DNA of 37,068 nucleotides from Promethearchaeota archaeon (GTDB lineage Archaea > Asgardarchaeota > Lokiarchaeia > Sigyniarchaeales > SOKP01), in contig SDNY01000027.1 in the NCBI GenBank assembly GCA_004524535.1, positions 1 to 37,068 of the forward strand. Direction: 5' to 3'. Position numbers and translations under genes: made by a program. A model generated the notes under the pieces. That model saw only the letters and a list, made by a program, of their open reading frames with translations, was not told where the DNA came from and did not search any database. This document shows, piece after piece, positions 1 through 9,199 of the stretch; the stretch's first letter is position 1, and every line of letters starts with the position of its first letter.

Positions 1-28
1 AATTTAAGTAATTTTTTAATGAAATAGT

Positions 29-1234
29 TTATTTAGTTTTGCTTTTTTCTTTGGCTGCTTTCTTTTCTGCTTCTCTTTCTGCTTTTTCTCTAGCTTTTCT
101 TACTTTTTCAACCTGCTTTTTGCTTGTTTTTACATGTTTCTTCTTCAATTTAACTCTTTTTCTCTCTTTCTTCATCCCACCATATTTAGCGATTCCAACA
201 ATAGCCATTGCAATCATTAAAGGTATTACGAGATAGAATATCGCGACACCTTTCATTGCTGTTAATTGACCACCAGGTAGTAAATAATCAGAATATTCAT
301 ATGCAGCCTTAGCAAATATCAACCAGATTAAAATAGCATCGGAATTAATTACTTTTAATTTTTGACCAATAAGATCAGCTTTTTTTCCCACAAGTCCACC
401 AATACTTATAAGCAAAATGAACATATCAAAAGCAAACATGACAATCCTAGTAATAAATATTGGTAGTGTGCTACCTCCCTGTACTGTGAATAATGCAGTT
501 ATCATTAAAAAAGAAACATATCCGCCAATAAAAATGAAATAAATACCAAGCCACGCATTAAATTTTCTTGTAATAAGTGTAATTATAATTGTGGTAACAA
601 CAAGAAAAAAGATCATCAAAATAGTAATTATTGGCATCCAATACAACATAAATCTTAATGATGGGTGCACATTCTCCTTTGGTTGCAATGGAGCTTGTCC
701 TGCTATTATATTAGGGGCAAATAATATTAAAAAAATACTTATAAGAGCGCCTAATAAGAATAATCCCCACCGCACAAAAAAAGCAACTCCTTTAGGAGCT
801 TTGTAAACTTTATCGTCGAATTGAACTCCTTTTTCAAAACAAAAATACATCGCAAATAAAGCAGTGATGAAAATATAAGAAAATATTGAAACTACAAACA
901 TCAATGAGGTAAAAAGATCGATCATAGTGAAAAAGACGATATATCCGAAGAATAAATAAACACCAATAGCAATTATAAAAAAACCGAGAGCTTTACCTAT
1001 GTTTTTCCACGAAATTTTTCGGACTTCTCCGCGAAATAATGCTGTGTAGAGAAATAATAATAAGCAAAGGAATAACAGCGGTAAAAACATTAATTGTGCA
1101 AATAAGACCATCCTAGGAACGCCCGTTATGTTCGCAAAGTATAGTGTAGTGAATCCCGTGATTAACCATATAACCAGAACCAAGAATGTAATATTTCTTT
1201 TTTTAAAAAGCTGTCCCAAGTCCCCAAGTCCCAT
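29..1234 (-). CDS. Polytopic membrane protein of unknown function with Lys/Glu-rich C-terminal tail
   Basis: 401-aa ORF with about 10-11 hydrophobic segments and a highly basic, coiled-coil-like tail (KKERKRVKLKKK...EKAEREAEKKAAKEK). No family recognised. Confidence 0.8.
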   Translation of the reverse strand: MGLGDLGQLFKKRNITFLVLVIWLITGFTTLYFANITGVPRMVLFAQLMFLPLLFLCLLLFLYTALFRGEVRKISWKNIGKALGFFIIAIGVYLFFGYIVFFTMIDLFTSLMFVVSIFSYIFITALFAMYFCFEKGVQFDDKVYKAPKGVAFFVRWGLFLLGALISIFLILFAPNIIAGQAPLQPKENVHPSLRFMLYWMPIITILMIFFLVVTTIIITLITRKFNAWLGIYFIFIGGYVSFLMITALFTVQGGSTLPIFITRIVMFAFDMFILLISIGGLVGKKADLIGQKLKVINSDAILIWLIFAKAAYEYSDYLLPGGQLTAMKGVAIFYLVIPLMIAMAIVGIAKYGGMKKERKRVKLKKKHVKTSKKQVEKVRKAREKAEREAEKKAAKEKSKTK

Positions 1235-1378
1235 TATAGATCATCTCATATCGTAAAAGGTTTTAAATCTTTAAAAACTATAAAGAAATTTAATTGTATA
1301 ATTGTATATAATTTTAAAAGTTTACATTTTAAAAAAAAAAAATTATGAATATTAATTCAATTTTTATATCAAATCTCC

Positions 1379-1969
1379 TTAAAGAACGCCTTTAGTAGAT
1401 GGTATCTCGTCTGAAACGACCGATTTTGCGATTTTTATCGCTCTGGCAAGAGCTTTGAATGCAGCTTCAACGATATGATGTTGATCCTCACCATAAAGAA
1501 CATGAAGATGTAAGTTCATTTTAGCATTTTCTGCGAAGGAATTGAAAAAATGTCGAATATCTTCTATGGCAACATCTTCTATATCACATTCCTCATTCAA
1601 TTTTAAATCCAAGACCAATGCCTTACGACCACTAAAATCAAGTGCACACCTGGCTAACGATTCATCCATTGGAATAAGAGCCGACCCATATCTATTTATT
1701 CCTCTCTTATCTCCTAACGCTTTCAAAAAACATTCTCCTAAGGTTATCCCTATATCTTCAATCGTGTGATGTGTTAAGTCTCCTGTTGCCTTTACTTTGA
1801 GATCGATACCGGAGTGTCGAGTCAATAAAACTAGCATGTGATCCATGAATTTATAGCTTGTGCTAATATCATTTTTGCCAGATCCATCTAAATCTAATTC
1901 GATAGTTATTTCAGTTTCAGTAGTATTCCTTGTTAGCTGTGCGGTTCTTCCCACTTTTATCAATCTCAT
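1379..1969 (-). CDS. hisB: Imidazoleglycerol-phosphate dehydratase
   Basis: RNTTETEI start, FMDHML, HHTIEDIGI, PMDESLA, HHIVEAAFKALARA and C-terminal IPSTKGVL: the IGPD signature motifs. Confidence 0.97.
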   Translation of the reverse strand: MRLIKVGRTAQLTRNTTETEITIELDLDGSGKNDISTSYKFMDHMLVLLTRHSGIDLKVKATGDLTHHTIEDIGITLGECFLKALGDKRGINRYGSALIPMDESLARCALDFSGRKALVLDLKLNEECDIEDVAIEDIRHFFNSFAENAKMNLHLHVLYGEDQHHIVEAAFKALARAIKIAKSVVSDEIPSTKGVL

Positions 1970-2001
1970 TCTTTTTTTATTATATTAATATAGGTAAATC
2001 A

Positions 2002-3942
2002 TCAAATTAAATTTTTCATAAAATTTGAGATGTATTTTTTATTTAATTTAGAAATTTGATAAATTTTATAAACAAGAACATCAATTTTGCTTTCTAATGT
2101 ATCTCGAATCACATCATTTTCAGAAATTAATTTGACATTTTTAGCGATGGCTGACGCAATTTTTCTTTCTTCTATGGATTCTGGAATTTTTATTGGTAGA
2201 TTTTTTATCTTTTCAATTAAAATTCTTGGAAATAATTTTTTATATGAGCCAAATGATTTTATAAAAAAATAAGAAAATAACTGAGAATTGATTAATCCTA
2301 ACAGATAATGATTATCGAATTCAGGAATAGGTGATTGAATTATCTTCAAATTGTAAAATGATTGAGATGTTAAGGATAATTTGTTATCATAAGCTGCACA
2401 GATGAGATTATTTTGGCTTAATTGTCTTATAATGATACGATCTTCATATAAGTTTAAATCTTTATAGTTGATTCCTTTCTTTTTTATATTAATGTTTTTA
2501 TATTCTTTTATCTGATATCTATTAATCGAATATAAAAATGGTTTAAAATCGTCTTTTAAATCTTTAGGACTATTATCCTGAATTATATTTTCGATGGCAT
2601 TCTGGTTTAACAAGCTTTTACATTCTCTACATTTTAATTTATTTTTAGGAAGGGGAAAATACTTCTTACAAGTATTACAATAAATAACCTTGCCAGATTT
2701 ACTTAATTCTACTCCTCTGCTTAGAGATATCTTGAATCCATCGCTTCTCATTAAATCCTCCAATTTAGGAAATTCATGATTAAGGATTTTGAGAATTGCT
2801 CTATCTGTATCATTTAAATTAATTAAAAATTTATAATTCCATTTTTCTAAAGTATTTTGCTGAATTATTCTTGGGGTGCTATATTTAGACGTGGGTATGC
2901 TGATTTTAATTACGTTTTCATCTCTCTCTTTTTTAGATCTTTCTTTTTGTAATATTAATATTATATTGGAAACTATAGGATCGTCAAATTTTGGACCTGT
3001 ATAATAGATTTCTTTAATTTTTGTATTATTTTTAATATAATTTCTAATAACTGCTCGATTTGATAATACTAAAAGTGAATCTGGGACTATATATCCTAAA
3101 TAACCGCTATTTTTTAATAACCGGATTCCAAGCTCTATAAATAACTGATAATAATCATATTGCCCTATATTTGTCTCATAATCTCCATTTTCAATAATTG
3201 CCCTTATTTCTGAAGGTATATCTCTAATAAAAATATAGGGGGGATTTCCAACAACATAATCAAATTTCTGATTGTGAATATCTAATGGAAATTTTAATTT
3301 TGTTAAGGCTAATGAGTTTACATTATAGACTTCAAAAAATGGTAGCTGATACTCTTTTTCCTGCTTTCTTATTAATTTATAAATCTTGAATAAACAATAA
3401 TGTATATTAATCTGACATAAAATACAAGCAATTGGGTTTATATCTATACCATAAATATTTTGTTTAACTTTTAAAATTAAATCCTTTCCTTCTCTAAGTG
3501 ATAATTCATTCAGATTTTGTTTATTGAGCTTCTGTTTAAACCGATTAATTAAAATATTAATGGCTTGAATAATAAAACTTCCAGAACCACAGCTAATATC
3601 AATGAGTTTTCTATCATCTATATGACTCTCAGAATTATATTGAACAGCATTTAAAATGTAATCAACTACGAATAAAGGAGTATAAAATTCTCCTAAACTT
3701 TTTCTAACTTCATATTTTAGACTTTTTTCGTAAATCTTTCCTATTAAATCTAAATTTGAACTAAAATGATTAATTTCTTTCCATTTAAGGATATTATCTT
3801 TAAAATTATCGGACTTAAATAATTGTTCAATAACTTCTTTAAGAGAATCTCCATCTTTTTCGCTTTGTAAATCTTTTTCATAATATTCAATTAGTTTAAT
3901 GACTATGTTTTCCTTTTTCAAATAAATTATAAAATCTTTCAT
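2002..3942 (-). CDS. N6-adenine DNA methyltransferase (Eco57I/TaqI-like, gamma-type motif order) with C-terminal target-recognition region
   Basis: GEFYTP (motif X), LIDISCGSGSF (motif I), YGIDINP, FDYVVGNPPY (motif IV), and YLLGLINS...IKNLPI typical of the TaqI-like C-terminal domain. Confidence 0.9.
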   Translation of the reverse strand: MKDFIIYLKKENIVIKLIEYYEKDLQSEKDGDSLKEVIEQLFKSDNFKDNILKWKEINHFSSNLDLIGKIYEKSLKYEVRKSLGEFYTPLFVVDYILNAVQYNSESHIDDRKLIDISCGSGSFIIQAINILINRFKQKLNKQNLNELSLREGKDLILKVKQNIYGIDINPIACILCQINIHYCLFKIYKLIRKQEKEYQLPFFEVYNVNSLALTKLKFPLDIHNQKFDYVVGNPPYIFIRDIPSEIRAIIENGDYETNIGQYDYYQLFIELGIRLLKNSGYLGYIVPDSLLVLSNRAVIRNYIKNNTKIKEIYYTGPKFDDPIVSNIILILQKERSKKERDENVIKISIPTSKYSTPRIIQQNTLEKWNYKFLINLNDTDRAILKILNHEFPKLEDLMRSDGFKISLSRGVELSKSGKVIYCNTCKKYFPLPKNKLKCRECKSLLNQNAIENIIQDNSPKDLKDDFKPFLYSINRYQIKEYKNINIKKKGINYKDLNLYEDRIIIRQLSQNNLICAAYDNKLSLTSQSFYNLKIIQSPIPEFDNHYLLGLINSQLFSYFFIKSFGSYKKLFPRILIEKIKNLPIKIPESIEERKIASAIAKNVKLISENDVIRDTLESKIDVLVYKIYQISKLNKKYISNFMKNLI

Positions 3943-4288
3943 AAAAGAACATAATTTAACGATTCTATCTCAAAAATAAGGTTTAAAATTATTTCTATTT
4001 TATTATTTGCTTTTTAATAAACTCAATAAATCTCCTTTTCGTCCCAATCCAATACAAGTTAAAAATATTGATATTTTAGATAAAACTCTAGTATTATTCA
4101 TCAACCCTTATGGTTCTCAATTTGCATTCAGAGAAACAACTAAAATTGGATGGGTTTCACGGAAAAATCAAGAAAAAAACAAGTTAATCTTTTTTTACAA
4201 AAAGAACAATATTTATATATTAAAATAAAATATATGAATCTTGGTTAAGAATTGGAAATTCAACCTTATCTAAAATTTAGAATTCAAT

Positions 4289-5404
4289 ATGATTATTACT
4301 ATAATTCTTATTTCCATCTCAATAACGATTTCTACTATTGGAATTATTTATGGTCTAACCCATCGTGAGAATTATGGAAATAAAATTAGTGTATATTTGA
4401 ACAATTTATTATTTCTTTTCTTTGGAATCTTTTTTTTTACTTTTTTTACTTTATCTTCTAATAAATATTTTAGTAAAGATATTGCATTAATATTATGGAA
4501 TATATCATTAATAATTTGGGTGATTTCAGTAGCATTGCTGAATGCAGCTCATGCATTTGCAATAGAACAAAAAAAAATCATAAATTTATCTACTTTTCTT
4601 TATTCATTTTTAGGAGGGATAAATGTTGTTTTATTACTTTCTCCAGACTCAATAAAGATAATTCAAGAAGAAAATAATTACAGTTTTATTTTTCAAAATT
4701 TTCATACATTATTTTTTACCCTAATATTAAATATTACCACCATTATTTTCATGACTCATCGATATATTCGAAATTTATCTAATTTTCGCGATAAAAAATC
4801 AAGTCTTTCATTAATGTTACTAAGCATTCCATTTTCTTATTTAATTATTATTTACTCAATATTTCTTATTACTCAAAATATTTTTATTAAAAATCTTTAT
4901 TTGCTCTCTTATTTAATATGTTTGATTTTGTCATTCTATATGATTACAAAAAGACCTTCTCTATTTTTTGAACTTACTAATAGAATCTATAATTTCATAG
5001 TTTTCCATAAAAGTGGGCTACTTTTATATTCATATAATTTTGAAACAGGCAAAGAGGGTGTAGATTCCTTCTTAAAGGGACCTATATTAATAGGAATTTC
5101 GCATATTCTTTCAAACTTCGCAGATAAAAAAGAACAATTAAACCTTCTTAAAATGGAGGAATTAGATATAGTCTTTGAATATGATAATAAATTTAGTTAT
5201 GCTATTTTGTTAATAACAAATCGTAAAAATTCTATTATTGAAAAAGGAGTACAGAGATTTATGGCAAAATTTTCTGAGCTAAATAAAGAGAATTTAATTG
5301 AGATTAGTAATTCCAACAAATTAATTGATATCTCAAAATTTAAAAATGCAAAGGAAATTATTATTGAATATTTTACTCCTTATCTTATAAAACAAATTGA
5401 ATGA
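4289..5404 (+). CDS. Seven-TM membrane protein with C-terminal longin-like cytoplasmic domain
   Basis: About 7 hydrophobic helices, then a soluble domain IYNFIVFHKSGLLLYSYNF...LIGISHILSNF...YAILLITN...FMAKF. Paralog of the next gene. Longin-like fold is inferred. Confidence 0.75.
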   Translation: MIITIILISISITISTIGIIYGLTHRENYGNKISVYLNNLLFLFFGIFFFTFFTLSSNKYFSKDIALILWNISLIIWVISVALLNAAHAFAIEQKKIINLSTFLYSFLGGINVVLLLSPDSIKIIQEENNYSFIFQNFHTLFFTLILNITTIIFMTHRYIRNLSNFRDKKSSLSLMLLSIPFSYLIIIYSIFLITQNIFIKNLYLLSYLICLILSFYMITKRPSLFFELTNRIYNFIVFHKSGLLLYSYNFETGKEGVDSFLKGPILIGISHILSNFADKKEQLNLLKMEELDIVFEYDNKFSYAILLITNRKNSIIEKGVQRFMAKFSELNKENLIEISNSNKLIDISKFKNAKEIIIEYFTPYLIKQIE

Positions 5405-5519
5405 AATTCTCATTAAAATAAAACCAATCAATCTTGAATTTTTGATAAAATTATTTGTATAAAAGTCGTTATTCCGATAAAAATTTAAATAAGGTTATGC
5501 ATAATAGTCATGTTAAACA

Positions 5520-6665
5520 ATGTATAATCCTTTAACGATTTCTGTAATTATAGTTTATTTTATATGTTTAATTATAATCATATTTACAATAGTTCATGTT
5601 GCTCGTCATCATAAAAACTTCGGCACAGTTCTAAACTCAATTTTAACCATTATATCTGTCTTTTTTATTGGAATAATTTATTCTACTCTTTTTATCTTTT
5701 CTATAATTATTTATCTATCAGAATATGTCAATCTTCTACTATGGAAGTTGTCCATTATTATGGGTTTTGTATCTTTAGAAATAGTTATTCTTGTCAGTTC
5801 TTTTATGATAGAGTATAAAAAGATACCATTTTTTCCACTTTTATGTTATACAATTCTTCTTGGATTTCTAATAGGATCTCTGTTTTTCCTTGAATCAATT
5901 CAAATTATTCATAAATCATCCAATTCATCACCTTATTTAGTTATAGATACATCAGAGATTAATTTCATTTTTAATCCCTTAACAGGTTTAATAACTATCA
6001 TATTTTTAACTTTAATTTTGATTAATTTATTATATGTAGGGATTATATTATATTTCAAATCAAGAGAACCAAAAGTCATTATAGGATTTTCGATAAATGC
6101 TATTATTTTATGGAACCCATTAATATTGTATATACTTTATATTATTTTCCAATTAACTGTCTATAGAGAATTACATATTATATTTATCATGATAAATTCA
6201 ATTGTTTTATGTATAACATTAATTAAGAGACCTGAAATGTTTCAAGTATTAACAAATAAAGTCTACTTTCTTAATATTTACCATAAATCTGGAATTTTAT
6301 TATATTCTTATGAATTCGAAAAAGAAGGGATTTTGACTGATTCTGTCATATGGGGTAATATATTAATAGGTATAAACCATATACTTTCAGAGTTCATTGA
6401 TTCAAGAGATAAAATAGATATGCTTCAAACCAAAAAGGCTAAAATTATCGTCAACTACAATAATGAATATGGATTTGCTGTCTTAGTCATTTCTAACCAA
6501 AAGAATGAAATTTTAGTAAATTTAATGGAAAATTTTACGAATGATTTTAAAGATCGATATAAGAATGAACTAATGGAAATTCAAGATTTAAATAAAATAA
6601 TAGATGTATCAGATTTTAAAGATACTAGAGAGATGATCTTAAAAAATTTTAAAATTTATTTATAG
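5520..6665 (+). CDS. Seven-TM membrane protein with C-terminal longin-like domain (tandem paralog)
   Basis: Same layout: KRPEMFQVLTNKVYFLNIYHKSGILLYSYEF...LIGINHILSEF...IIDVSDFKDTREMI aligns by eye with 4289..5404. Confidence 0.75.
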   Translation: MYNPLTISVIIVYFICLIIIIFTIVHVARHHKNFGTVLNSILTIISVFFIGIIYSTLFIFSIIIYLSEYVNLLLWKLSIIMGFVSLEIVILVSSFMIEYKKIPFFPLLCYTILLGFLIGSLFFLESIQIIHKSSNSSPYLVIDTSEINFIFNPLTGLITIIFLTLILINLLYVGIILYFKSREPKVIIGFSINAIILWNPLILYILYIIFQLTVYRELHIIFIMINSIVLCITLIKRPEMFQVLTNKVYFLNIYHKSGILLYSYEFEKEGILTDSVIWGNILIGINHILSEFIDSRDKIDMLQTKKAKIIVNYNNEYGFAVLVISNQKNEILVNLMENFTNDFKDRYKNELMEIQDLNKIIDVSDFKDTREMILKNFKIYL

Positions 6666-6717
6666 GTAATAATTTATTTAGGGCCATCTCTTTTTGAGAA
6701 TTTCTTCTATGGATGTT

Positions 6718-8331
6718 TTACCAATTTGATTTATCCTTAAGTAATTTAAATATATAACTATCGACTAATGCATCCCAGGAAGCTACTATAATATTTTCAT
6801 GCGCACCAATTGTCCCCCAAGAACTATCTTTGTCGTATGTTTCTGCTAGAACCCTCACTTTTGATGCCGTTCCTTCTTGATTTATTATTCTAACTTTAAA
6901 ATCTGATAAATCAATTTCCTTTATACTTGGATAAAAGTAGACCAATGCTTTTTTGAGTGCATTGTCAAGGGAATTAACCGGTCCGTTGCCTTCAGCTGCT
7001 GTGTGGAATAATTCATTACCAACTTTAACTTTAATAGTTGCTTCAGAGATTAAATTACCTTTATACACTTCCGTAAGTACCCTAAATCCCTCCAATTCGA
7101 AAAACTTGTTTCTATAATAATTTGGATCTTGTATGTTCATATCCATACTTCTCATTATGATTTCTAGCGATCCTTCAGCACCTTCAAATGAAAAACCCAT
7201 ATTTTCTTTTTCTTTTATTACCCCAAGGATTGCGTTAACTTTAGGATTCTTTTCTGCCAGGGCTATACCAAATTTTTTAGCCATATGCAAAATCGAACTT
7301 TTACCTGCTAATTCTGAAATTTTTATATTTCGGGAATTGCCTACTAATTCAGGTTCTATATGTTCATAAGTTCTAACGTCTTTTAACATAGCTGAAATAT
7401 GGACACCTCCCTTATGTGAAAAAGCATTTTTCCCTACGAATGGTTGATCTAGATCACCTTGCAAATTCGCCATTTCATATACAAAGTGAGAAACTTCGGT
7501 TAAATTTGTCAAATTTTCATCTCTTATACAATTTATTCCCATTTTTAATTTTAGAATAGGTATAATTGACGTTAAATCCGTATTTCCGCATCTTTCTCCA
7601 AATCCGTTAATAGTGCCTTGAATTAAATTAGCCCCATTTAAGTAACTCTCTAATGTGATTGCGTTTGCTAATCCCGAATCGTTATGAGCGTGGATTCCCA
7701 AAGGAACATCCCCCAATTTACTTTTTACATCTGTGAATATTGGTCCCAATTCATGAGGTAGTACACCTCCATTAGTATCGCATAATACAATCCAAGACGC
7801 TCCAGCATCTCTAGCGGTTTTCAATGTCTCTAATGCATATTCTTTATTGCTCTTATATCCATCAAAAAAATGTTCTGCATCATAAATTACATCCATTCCA
7901 TGTTGGTTCAAGAAATTAACGGTATCTTTTATCATTTCTAAATTTTCTTCTAGAGTTGTTTCTAAAGCTGTCTTGACATGTAATTCCCAACTTTTCCCAA
8001 AAACAGTCACATTTTCAATACCAGTCTTGAGAAAGGCTTGAATATTTTTATCCTCATCAATTTTTGTATTTTTTCTTCTTGTACTGCCGAATTGATATAT
8101 TTTTGTACCATCTACTCCCATTTCACTTATTCTTTTAAGGAATTCGATGTCTTTAGGATTAGAACCTGGCCAACCAGCCTCAATCATGGGAATATGTAAA
8201 TCCTGAATCAACCTTTCTAAGATTCTTAATTTATCTTCTATTGAAAAAGCAATACTGGTTTTTTGACAACCCTCCCGGAGTGTTGCATCATATATGTATA
8301 CATTTTTATCTTCCAATGCTATTTTCACCAT
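6718..8331 (-). CDS. cimA: Citramalate synthase (LeuA/CimA family; threonine-independent isoleucine route)
   Basis: YDATLREGCQ, EAGWPGSNPKD, FGKSWELHV, YDAEHFFDG, LCDTNGG, GIHAHND, GERCGN and a C-terminal regulatory domain (AEGNGPVNSLD). Start moved to ATG 8331 (MVKIALE) because the ORF-track TTG extension to 8409 runs through the leader hairpin. Confidence 0.9.
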   Translation of the reverse strand: MVKIALEDKNVYIYDATLREGCQKTSIAFSIEDKLRILERLIQDLHIPMIEAGWPGSNPKDIEFLKRISEMGVDGTKIYQFGSTRRKNTKIDEDKNIQAFLKTGIENVTVFGKSWELHVKTALETTLEENLEMIKDTVNFLNQHGMDVIYDAEHFFDGYKSNKEYALETLKTARDAGASWIVLCDTNGGVLPHELGPIFTDVKSKLGDVPLGIHAHNDSGLANAITLESYLNGANLIQGTINGFGERCGNTDLTSIIPILKLKMGINCIRDENLTNLTEVSHFVYEMANLQGDLDQPFVGKNAFSHKGGVHISAMLKDVRTYEHIEPELVGNSRNIKISELAGKSSILHMAKKFGIALAEKNPKVNAILGVIKEKENMGFSFEGAEGSLEIIMRSMDMNIQDPNYYRNKFFELEGFRVLTEVYKGNLISEATIKVKVGNELFHTAAEGNGPVNSLDNALKKALVYFYPSIKEIDLSDFKVRIINQEGTASKVRVLAETYDKDSSWGTIGAHENIIVASWDALVDSYIFKLLKDKSNW

Positions 8332-8361
8332 CTTATTGAATTTTTTTTTTAATAATCGAAA

Positions 8362-8428
8362 AAGAAATTTTAAACCAGAAAGCGTAATAAAAGAAAAGTC
8401 AAATCGCAAAAGGAGTTTAAAATTTCTT
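8362..8428 (-). promoter_or_regulatory. Perfect 14-bp inverted repeat with 39-nt pyrimidine-rich loop in the cimA leader (candidate attenuator structure)
   Basis: In mRNA sense AAGAAATTTTAAAC (8428-8415) pairs with GTTTAAAATTTCTT (8375-8362). The loop carries several U-tracts (TCCTTTTG...CTTTTCTTTT...CTTTCT). Confidence 0.7.
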
Positions 8429-8435
8429 AATGAAA

Positions 8436-8492
8436 TTAAATAATTCCAATAATAATAATACCTATGACACTAATAGGAACTATTTTTTTCAT
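8436..8492 (-). CDS. Putative Ile-rich leader peptide MKKIVPISVIGIIIIGII
   Basis: Read directly: ATG at 8492, TAA at 8438-8436. 9 of 18 codons are Ile, including ATT x4, plus 2 Val. Ends about 105 nt upstream of cimA on the same strand. Confidence 0.75.
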   Translation of the reverse strand: MKKIVPISVIGIIIIGII

Positions 8493-8513
8493 TAGTTTTT
8501 ATATATAATTGAT

Positions 8514-8530
8514 TATTTATATTTTTTTTT
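8514..8530 (-). promoter_or_regulatory. Putative TATA box/BRE for a leaderless leader-cimA transcript
   Basis: Minus strand AAAAAAAAA-TATAAATA lies about 22-29 nt upstream of the leader ATG, the usual archaeal spacing. The region is very AT-rich, so specificity is low. Confidence 0.45.
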
Positions 8531-8620
8531 AAAAATTGGACTCATCTAAACTTAAGTATATCAATAATTTTAAATCCTATATAAGTAATTTTAAGAATAT
8601 TCTTTTAATGGTAAAAGAAA

Positions 8621-9199
8621 ATGTCATTGAAATTTTGTCCATTTTGCGGTGGAGAATTAGATAGAGATGAAGATTTTTGTCCATCCTGCGGTTCAGATTT
8701 AAGAGAGAGAAAATTAACGGAAAAAGAAGCCATACCTGCACCAGCAATTCCTTCACCTCCATCAGAAAAAGTAGAAAAAGCTGAAATATCTGGAAAACAA
8801 ATTGCTGATGCATTACCAAGAATAGGTGCGTTGGTTATAGATTGTGTAGCAATTTCTGGACTAATTGCTTTAGCTATTATTATATTATTAATGAGTAGAT
8901 TAAATTTAATCATTCTTCTAATTATTGTTCCTTGCATAATGTTTTTCTATTTTTGGATAATGGAAATAATAACGGATGGTCGAACATTAGGAAAAATGGC
9001 TTTTAGTTTAAGGACTGTGAATGCCAAGACGCTTGAGCCCGCCAAACCAGGAGGTTATTTAGTTAATAATTTATTAAAAAGTACTCCCCTAACATTCATC
9101 ATTGATATAATAATTGGTTTTTTTGTAAATATAGGTTCTTCAAAGAAGAGATTACGAATCATGCAAAATCTCTCTAATACTTGCGTGATTCGGACTTAG
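8621..9199 (+). CDS. Zinc-ribbon + RDD family membrane protein
   Basis: N-terminal CPFCG...FCPSCG; RIGALVID, GRTLGKMAFSLRTV and terminal RIMQNLSNTCVI of RDD type. Confidence 0.85.
   Translation: MSLKFCPFCGGELDRDEDFCPSCGSDLRERKLTEKEAIPAPAIPSPPSEKVEKAEISGKQIADALPRIGALVIDCVAISGLIALAIIILLMSRLNLIILLIIVPCIMFFYFWIMEIITDGRTLGKMAFSLRTVNAKTLEPAKPGGYLVNNLLKSTPLTFIIDIIIGFFVNIGSSKKRLRIMQNLSNTCVIRT

Noticed and set aside
4007-4228. 73-aa ORF in the divergent spacer
   Set aside because: TTG start, no recognisable motif or SD; probably chance.
8332-8409. 26-aa N-terminal extension of CimA from TTG 8409
   Set aside because: It overlaps the leader hairpin and poly-A run; family-like sequence begins at MVKIALE (ATG 8331).
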